Source: Candidatus Marinacidobacterales bacterium (GTDB taxonomy: Bacteria > Acidobacteriota > Vicinamibacteria > Marinacidobacterales > SMYC01). From it: a DNA stretch of 64,000 bases. Location: NCBI GenBank assembly GCA_965237955.1, contig OZ250169.1, positions 2,400,001-2,464,000 of the forward strand, read 5' to 3'. Every line of letters begins with the position of its first letter. Positions within the stretch are counted from its first letter, which is position 1. Under the pieces are notes generated by a model that saw nothing but the letters and a program-made list of their open reading frames with translations, made no database searches and had not been told where the DNA came from. A program made the position numbers and the translations under genes. Below are positions 57,874 to 64,000 of the stretch, piece by piece.

Positions 57874-60237
57874 TCAGAAGCCGACCTGAAGCGAGACGAC
57901 GAAGTTGCGCGTCGCCAACGGGTAGTAAAAGGGAATGCCGTCGAGGCTGACTATGCCAGTGCCGGCGCTGTTCCGAACGAGAAATTGATAACTGTAGCCG
58001 CTAGGGAACTGGTCGCGGTTGTCGAGCACGTTGTTGACGAACAGCGTGACGCGCGCGTCGACACCTTGCCACCAGCGACCCAGGCTCTGCGCCGCCCGCA
58101 CGTCCACGTTGGTGAACGACGGCGTCCGGAATTCGGCGAGTCCGGTGTTGTCGAGCTGGGATTCAGCCACATAGCGACCCATGAGCCCGATGCTGGTGTC
58201 GCGATGCGACCATTCGACGCCGAGGTTAAACAAGAGCTCGGGCGTGAGTAGCGGCCGCACGTTCTGGTAGGTGATCGGCTCGCTTCCGATCCACGTCCCC
58301 TGCTCGTCGAAGACATCGTAGAACTGTGTCCATTCTCGGATGCGGTTACGGCTTACGTTCAGACTGTGCAACACGGACCAGTTCGGTATCGGCATCCACT
58401 TCAGATCGACTTCGATACCGCGCCGGTACGAGCGATCGACGTTCTGCCGTAGCGGCAGACCGACTTCGGACAGCTCGCCGGTCAAGGCGATCTCGTTCCG
58501 GAACTCCATCAGATAGACGTTGGCCTGTAAGCCGAGCCAGGGCGTGTTCCAATTGACGCCACCCTCGAAGTTCACCACCGATTCGGGTTTCACCGCTTTG
58601 AGATCATGCGGCACGGTGGCGTTGTCCTCGCCCAGCAGAAGATCGAGGCGCGCCGGCTCGCGCTGTGCTCTCCCGATAGAGGTGTAAAGACTCAAACCCG
58701 GAGAGAGCGTTTGTCTCACGCCGATCTTGGGGTCGAGAAAGTTCCAGTCGATCGGGTCCAACTCGACGTCACCTTCGTACGAGAAGCCGGCCCAGCGCCA
58801 TTGGACGTCGCCGAAAAGGAGCGTGTCTCCCAGACGGTACTCGAGCTTGCCGAAGGCGTTCGTTGTCTCCTTGAACCCGGTGTTCTTGTACACACGAGTG
58901 TCCGTGTCGCTATCGAGAAAATGGTCGCCGCTGAAGTCGTTGTAGTGCACACCCACCGTCGCCGAAAGATTATCCACGGTTGTACTCAGCGTGACCATGC
59001 TGCCGAAAAATCCCTGGTCGATGCCGAATCGCAGCAAGTCGTTTTGCGCTACCGGATCGTCCCATAATTGGAACCAACCGTCGGCGCCGTTGTAATAGAA
59101 CGACGCGCTCAGCAACGAGTCGCTGCCGAGCTCCCGCATATACTTGATTTGGGCGAAATCCTGTCCGAAGTTGTCGCGGTCTTCCTCGGTGAGCGGGTTG
59201 AACCGTCGGTTCTCGCTCAGGGCGTCCGGGTCGACCGCGAGATAGGCAAGCTGCGACTTCTCGTCGCCTGAAAATGCGACCAGCGACAAGGACGATCGCT
59301 CTTGCTGCCAACCCGCGTTCACAAAGAACGTGTGATGCTCGGTGCCGGAGCGCTCGCGATATCCATCGGTTTTGGCGTACGAGAACCGTCCGGAGACGTA
59401 GAGCCCGTTGTCGAAAACGCCCGACTCGTAGCCGATCGAGGCGCGCGTGGTGTCGTACGAGGCCAGTACCAACCGAGCATCACCCTGGTTGTCTCGAGGC
59501 GGCGCCGCGCTTGCGAAGTTCACCGAACCGCCGTAGGCGGGCGAGCCGACCGACGAGGTGCCCACGCCGCGCTGGATTTGAATGCTGTCGACAGCGCTCA
59601 GGAAGTCGTGAAAATTGTTGAAGAACAGCGCGTGGTCCGCGGGGTCGTTGAGGGGCGCCCCGTCGAGGGTCATGCTGATGCGCGTCTGTTGGATTCCGCG
59701 CATGCTGAAGTACGAGTAGTTGGACCCGATGCCCGAGTCCGAGTACCAGTTCATCGACGGAGTATGCTCGAGGAGCTCCGGAACATCCTGTCCGTAGCTG
59801 AATTTCTCGATCTCCTCACGGTCCATGTTGCGCTTCGTCACCGGGACTTCTTCTCCTGCTCGAATCCCGACGACGGTGATCGACTCTTCGACCGTGCTCA
59901 CCCACTGGAGTCGGAGCTCGAGCTCGAGACTTTGATCCAAAACCGTCACGCGGTGGTGCAACAACCGGTAGGCGGGATGGGATACGCTGAGCTCCCACGC
60001 GCCGCGGGTTAGCGAAATCTCGAAGTGTCCCATCTCGTCGGTGGCCACGCTCTCTCGCCCGTCCATCCCGTCTATCTCGATGCGGGCTCCTGCCACCGGC
60101 TCGCCCGTGGGGGCGAGGACGACTCCCTGCACCCGAATCGGGGCTTGCGCAAAGGCGTTGGAGGAAACTGCAACGAGCGTCATCACAAGAGCGACACCGA
60201 TGAGCGGAAGGCGATCGTGGATGTTCTTGGCGAACAT
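57874..60237 (-). CDS. TonB-dependent receptor (probable thiamine uptake)
   Basis: Signal peptide, N-terminal extension, plug YGQDVPELL...SDSGIG...QIQRGVGTSSVG, C-terminal Phe; downstream of a TPP riboswitch. Confidence 0.9.
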   Translation of the reverse strand: MFAKNIHDRLPLIGVALVMTLVAVSSNAFAQAPIRVQGVVLAPTGEPVAGARIEIDGMDGRESVATDEMGHFEISLTRGAWELSVSHPAYRLLHHRVTVLDQSLELELRLQWVSTVEESITVVGIRAGEEVPVTKRNMDREEIEKFSYGQDVPELLEHTPSMNWYSDSGIGSNYSYFSMRGIQQTRISMTLDGAPLNDPADHALFFNNFHDFLSAVDSIQIQRGVGTSSVGSPAYGGSVNFASAAPPRDNQGDARLVLASYDTTRASIGYESGVFDNGLYVSGRFSYAKTDGYRERSGTEHHTFFVNAGWQQERSSLSLVAFSGDEKSQLAYLAVDPDALSENRRFNPLTEEDRDNFGQDFAQIKYMRELGSDSLLSASFYYNGADGWFQLWDDPVAQNDLLRFGIDQGFFGSMVTLSTTVDNLSATVGVHYNDFSGDHFLDSDTDTRVYKNTGFKETTNAFGKLEYRLGDTLLFGDVQWRWAGFSYEGDVELDPIDWNFLDPKIGVRQTLSPGLSLYTSIGRAQREPARLDLLLGEDNATVPHDLKAVKPESVVNFEGGVNWNTPWLGLQANVYLMEFRNEIALTGELSEVGLPLRQNVDRSYRRGIEVDLKWMPIPNWSVLHSLNVSRNRIREWTQFYDVFDEQGTWIGSEPITYQNVRPLLTPELLFNLGVEWSHRDTSIGLMGRYVAESQLDNTGLAEFRTPSFTNVDVRAAQSLGRWWQGVDARVTLFVNNVLDNRDQFPSGYSYQFLVRNSAGTGIVSLDGIPFYYPLATRNFVVSLQVGF

Positions 60238-60311
60238 GTCATTCTCCCAAAAACCGGAGATGGCCGAATCGCGCCGAGCTGGCTTGCTCCGTGGTGTCGG
60301 AAAAGCCAGGT

Positions 60312-60390
60312 GCCGTTTCCTCCGCCGGTACGAACCGGATCAGGTTCTGAGGGTTTGCTCTCAGGCCGCGCGGCCACCCCTAGGCGTATT
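60312..60390 (-). ncRNA. TPP riboswitch
   Basis: Minus strand reads AGGGGTG...CTGAGA...ACCC...GAACCTGATCCGGTTCGTACCGGCGGAGGAA. Confidence 0.92.
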
Positions 60391-60472
60391 GTCAGCGCTA
60401 GATTCGCGCTTTCTTCACGGGAAGTCAAGAGGGGTAAAGGTGCTGAGGTTTGTGGTAGGCTCGCAAACGATC

Positions 60473-61246
60473 ATGAGAATACTGAGCGTGTTGGGCCTGG
60501 TCGCGCTGAGCGCGAGCCTCGACGCCAGCCCGCGCTCGACACCACACACGTCGTCCTGGTGACGCTCGACGGGCTTCGCTGGCAGGAAGTATTCACCGGT
60601 GCGGATTTGGCAGCGGCGCGAGAACCGCGGCGTGCCGTACGTGTTTCTGAAGCCGAGCCAGGGCGCCGTGATCGGCAATGGCGATCCGATCGTGATCCCG
60701 TTACGGCCGCGACCGCACCGACTGGGAAGTCGAGCTCGGCACGGTGATCGGCCGGGCCGCCAAGTATGTGTCCGCGAGTGATGCGGCGGACTACGTCTTC
60801 GGTTACACTGCCCCGGGAGGAAACCCGTTGCGGTCAGATTGGTTCGTCGGCAAAGGACACGACACGTTCGCGCCGCAAGGCCCATGGATCGTACCCAAGG
60901 AGTTCTATGGCGACCCGATGGAAAACCTCAGGCAGACGCTCAGCGTCGGCGACACCCGAATGCAACAAGCGACCACGGGCGACATGATTCACTCTCTGTG
61001 GGAGTTGGTCGAGTACGCCTTGTCCATCGTCACGCTCTTCCCGGGCGATGTGATCAACAACGGGACGTCGGGTGGTGCCGGGATGGGCACGGCGGCGCCT
61101 AGCGCTTCTTACAGCCGGGCGAAGTTGTCGAGGTGACCATCGATGGAATCGGAACGTTGCGTATGCCGGTGGTGGCCGAGGAGCCACCGACTGGCCTGAC
61201 CGGCGCCCAGCTACCGCCCGTCAAAAGCTATCGTGACCCGCAGTGA
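60473..61246 (+). pseudogene. Chimeric relic: alkaline-phosphatase-superfamily N-terminus joined to a frameshifted fumarylacetoacetate-hydrolase C-terminus
   Basis: VVLVTLDGLRWQEVFTGAD, then PYVFLKP...DWEVELG, KGHDTFAPQGP, TLFPGDVINNGT, IDGIGTL in shifting frames. Confidence 0.7.
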
Positions 61247-61315
61247 GGTCACCCATGCGAATCCAGACGATCCGGTGATTTTCGGGGCGGGTCCCGGAAT
61301 CAGGCGTGCCTCGGG

Positions 61316-61969
61316 CTAACGCAGGTAGCGCCGCACGCCGAAGAGCAATGTCGTTGCTGGTTCGGGAACGTCAGGTGGTGGCACGGTGTCTTCGGTTGTA
61401 ATGCTCAAAGTCGAAAAGATGAGGTGGGCGCCGTTGAACGAGCTTTCGGAAACGCCACCACCAAAGATAGGGAGAGCCGTCACCAAGCCCGGGCCGGAAA
61501 GTGCAAGCGAGAATGTGGCGGCTCCATCCGCGAGGCTCGGAAATAACAACGGCAGCAGCGGAATTGTATAGACGTTATAGACCTGGTCTCCGGAGCTCGA
61601 CGCTTCGAACAGAGTGTCTAGGTCTCCACTCAAGTCGTGTCCATCGAACCCGAACGAGGCTAGTTGGCTCCCCGAAGCCGCCGAATCGTGATCGGCGATC
61701 CCGATGACGATTGACGCGCTCAGAATCGGGTCGGCGATCCCGTAAGCGAATGTCCAGTCCGCCGAGAAGTTCGGTCCGAGGATCTCGATTCCGATGCCGG
61801 CGTCGAACGGTGGCACTTGGCCGCTCTGGGCGGCGAGGAGATCCAAGATCGTCAAGGCGTCGCCGTCGGCGAAGGCTGGTGTGCCGTTTCCAAGCGTTTG
61901 CGTGATCAAGCCCGCTTCCAGCTGCCCGGCGAGGAAAACGAACGCTAGTGTCGTGAAAAATCGTCTCAT
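61316..61969 (-). CDS. PEP-CTERM sorting domain protein (shortened TM segment)
   Basis: Signal peptide ending LEA-GLI; acidic body; C-terminal VPEPATTLLFGVRRYLR. Confidence 0.8.
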   Translation of the reverse strand: MRRFFTTLAFVFLAGQLEAGLITQTLGNGTPAFADGDALTILDLLAAQSGQVPPFDAGIGIEILGPNFSADWTFAYGIADPILSASIVIGIADHDSAASGSQLASFGFDGHDLSGDLDTLFEASSSGDQVYNVYTIPLLPLLFPSLADGAATFSLALSGPGLVTALPIFGGGVSESSFNGAHLIFSTLSITTEDTVPPPDVPEPATTLLFGVRRYLR

Positions 61970-61982
61970 CACTAGATCTCCG

Positions 61983-61999
61983 AGCAATCACTATGCCAA
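61983..61999 (-). promoter_or_regulatory. sigma54 (-24/-12) promoter of the PEP-CTERM gene
   Basis: TTGGCATAGTGATTGCT matches TGGCA-N-TTGCW with correct GG-N10-GC spacing. Confidence 0.75.
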
Positions 62000-62048
62000 G
62001 TGCCGAACGTGCGTTCCATCAAGCGGTTACGGATTGGGGCTTCTACGA

Positions 62049-62147
62049 GAGGTGTCAATATTCCCGACGTGATTTCAGGCCGCGTTCGCGCAAGTCCTTG
62101 GACGTTTAGACTTACATGGATTTTGTGAGGTGTCAGACTTTCCGACG
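62049..62147. promoter_or_regulatory. Two enhancer-like boxes TGTC-N9-GACG
   Basis: GAGGTGTCAATATTCCCGACG (62049-62069) and GAGGTGTCAGACTTTCCGACG (62127-62147), 17/21 identical. Confidence 0.6.
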
Positions 62148-62170
62148 CCTTTTCGTGTTAGCGTGAACAG

Positions 62171-62644
62171 GTGAGTGTCGAACTTCGCCCGATCGCGCGA
62201 GAAGACGACCCGTTCTTGCGTCGGCTCTACGCGAGCACGCGATCGAGAGAGTTGGCGGACGCGCCGTGGACGCCGGAGCAAAAACAGACCTTCGTAACGC
62301 AGCAGTTCGACGCGCAGCATCGCCATTATCGAGAGACTTTCGAGAATGCGGATTTCGATGTCGTCGAGCGTGATGGGGCTCCGATCGGCCGTCTCTACGT
62401 CGACCGGCGCGCGGACGAAATCCGCGTCATCGACATCGCCCTCGTTCCCGAATCGAGGAACCAAGGCTTGGGCGCCAAGCTCATGCAATCTCTCTTGGAC
62501 GAAGCGAAAGAATCCGGAAAGCGCGTGAGCATACACGTTGAGTTGGGGAGTCCTGCGCGCCGTTTTTATGAGCGACTGGGCTTTGCCACGGTTTGCGACG
62601 ACGGCATGCACACTTTCATGGAGTGGTCGCCGGCCGGTGAGTGA
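62171..62644 (+). CDS. GNAT N-acetyltransferase
   Basis: LYASTR, QQFDAQHRHY, IDIALVPESRNQGLG, ARRFYERLGF. Confidence 0.9.
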   Translation: MSVELRPIAREDDPFLRRLYASTRSRELADAPWTPEQKQTFVTQQFDAQHRHYRETFENADFDVVERDGAPIGRLYVDRRADEIRVIDIALVPESRNQGLGAKLMQSLLDEAKESGKRVSIHVELGSPARRFYERLGFATVCDDGMHTFMEWSPAGE

Positions 62645-62891
62645 GCTCCCTCGACGCGTCGTGGAGACGATCTTGGAGGATCGGCAAGGCGAAGGCCACT
62701 TTCGTGATCCGGAAAATCTCACGCATTACCTCCTTGGAAGCTACGCGCCAGGATCTTGTTTGTTCGAGCAATCACGCTCGGTGGCGGACGACGTTCTCGA
62801 GATGCTCGACGACGATGCCGATGCCGGTCGCCTGGCGGCGCACATCGAGCGAGCCATGAGCGCGGTGCTCGATCGAGCACGCCACCCCTAG
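62637..62891 (+). CDS. Small hypothetical protein
   Basis: GTG overlaps the GNAT stop; 84 aa, helical and acidic. Confidence 0.45.
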   Translation: MSELPRRVVETILEDRQGEGHFRDPENLTHYLLGSYAPGSCLFEQSRSVADDVLEMLDDDADAGRLAAHIERAMSAVLDRARHP

Positions 62892-63423
62892 CTCCGAGAA
62901 GGGAAGATGCCGACGAGCGCGATGATGTAATGTAGCGCCAGAAACGGCGGCATGTTCTCGTGCGATTGGTTGCCACCGGCGTTTTGGGTGGTGATGGTGT
63001 CCGCGGCCATGTCCGCGTTGGGCGCACTGGAGTTGTAGGTGGCTAAGCTCACGCCGAGGTCTTTCGACCAAGTGTTTCCAGTCGCTTCGTTACTGTCCCC
63101 TGGACCGTTGAAGCACCGGGCCGTCCCGGAGTGGTTGTGCGCTGCAATCTGATTCACGTTCAAGGTCACTTTTTCCACGCCGTCCCGCTCGCCCCAATTC
63201 CTTCTTGTGAGGCCCGGACCGGTGCCAACGTGGATCGGCGCTCGGCCGCGAAGATCGGGGAGACCGAAAGTGGTCCTGCCGTCCCCGCCGTACGTCGTCC
63301 AGAGAATCGAAAAAGTGCTGTGTTCGCGGAAATCGAAAGGAGCTGTCCGTCACAAAAAGCCCATCCTCGAGGTGCGAAGTTCCCGCCGAATAACATGATC
63401 TGAGCAATGAACGGTTCTGACAT
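62888..63423 (-). pseudogene. Phage tail-collar domain protein (MdpB-like), frameshifted
   Basis: MSEPFIAQIMLFGGNFAPRGWAFCDGQLLSISANTALF...(shift) GTTYGGDGRTTFGLPDLRGR...(shift) GGNQSHENMPPFLALHYIIALVGIFPSRS. Confidence 0.85.
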
Positions 63424-63427
63424 CTAG

Positions 63428-63862
63428 CTACTCCCCTCTCCGAGGCCGTCGGCGCTCCTCGCGTCTCAAGGCGGGCGCGAGCCGAGGTTGAATAAGACTG
63501 AAGTGCGAAATGTAGTAGTTGAAGGCACCTTCGTTCCCCGCGGGATGGACCGTCGCGTCGAACGACCGGCCTCTCGATGGCTTGATGGTGTAAATGCCCT
63601 CCGTTACGCTGTCATGGATCGAGCCACGGAACACGAGTGAGAACTGTTCGAGATTACGATTCGACGAAATTTCGTGAATTTCTACGAGCTCTACACGATG
63701 CCAGTGCTCGCCTTGCAGCTCGAAGAACTCGTTCAAGTTTCTTCGCAGGCGTCTCGCCCGCAGCTTGCGTCGACGGGGCGCGGCTGCCAGAAGCGAAATG
63801 TTGAATGTGCTGGCAACGAGAGTCGCCAACAAACTCCGAACGAACGCACGGCGATCGATCAT
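63428..63862 (-). CDS. Tat-signal DUF6916-like protein
   Basis: MIDRRAFV twin-arginine motif; LEQFSLVFRG...EGIY motif. Confidence 0.7.
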   Translation of the reverse strand: MIDRRAFVRSLLATLVASTFNISLLAAAPRRRKLRARRLRRNLNEFFELQGEHWHRVELVEIHEISSNRNLEQFSLVFRGSIHDSVTEGIYTIKPSRGRSFDATVHPAGNEGAFNYYISHFSLIQPRLAPALRREERRRPRRGE

Positions 63863-64000
63863 TGTCCTCGTGAAGAGAAGTGAGATGCGTCGACGGTCAA
63901 GCTGCCCCCCGCTAGTTCGATCGCGAGTATAACAGCGCTTAGCGGCTGCGCGGCACATGTTTCTTCAAAAAACATCCCAGAGCGCGCTATCTGTCGGAAA

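Noticed and set aside
62888-63423. Prophage
   Set aside because: No capsid, terminase, portal or integrase nearby; the collar gene is in the GNAT/DUF6916 context.

Overview
GC-rich bacterial chromosome window. The TonB C-terminal style, the amidase-GerMN-rph-rdgB synteny and a PEP-CTERM gene suggest Acidobacteriota, probably Vicinamibacteria-like (inference). From left to right it contains: the 3' end of a large serine recombinase; YyaL and fabH genes divergent from a four-gene elbB-E-like ether-lipid cluster (HAD, LarA-like, reductase-adenylation-ACP-acyltransferase, epimerase); an IS5 element that truncates an operon whose first three genes share an N-terminal DUF4214-like module; lipid kinase, CDP-alcohol phosphatidyltransferase and ino1 genes; amidase-GerMN-rph-rdgB followed by four tRNAs with duplicated palindromic spacers; a putative nucleotidyltransferase toxin-antitoxin pair; an ECF sigma / anti-sigma-TonB-vWA / large membrane protein / kinase / PP2C operon; a solo IS607-type TnpB with its omega-RNA; SDR-TetR-acyl-CoA dehydrogenase; tRNA-Arg and tRNA-Lys with a 51-bp att duplication around nested IS remnants; and an accessory region with an IS1182 relic, a TPP-riboswitch TBDR-PnuC-NadR-like kinase operon and a sigma54 PEP-CTERM / GNAT / tail-collar / DUF6916 module. 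Single-base frameshifts and in-frame stops occur even in rdgB, so some lesions may be assembly errors. All family calls come from motif recognition by eye, not database searches. The best candidates for undescribed systems are the DUF4214-tagged glycoside hydrolase operon, the ECF-TonB-vWA-kinase/phosphatase operon and the TPP-regulated NadR-like kinase.
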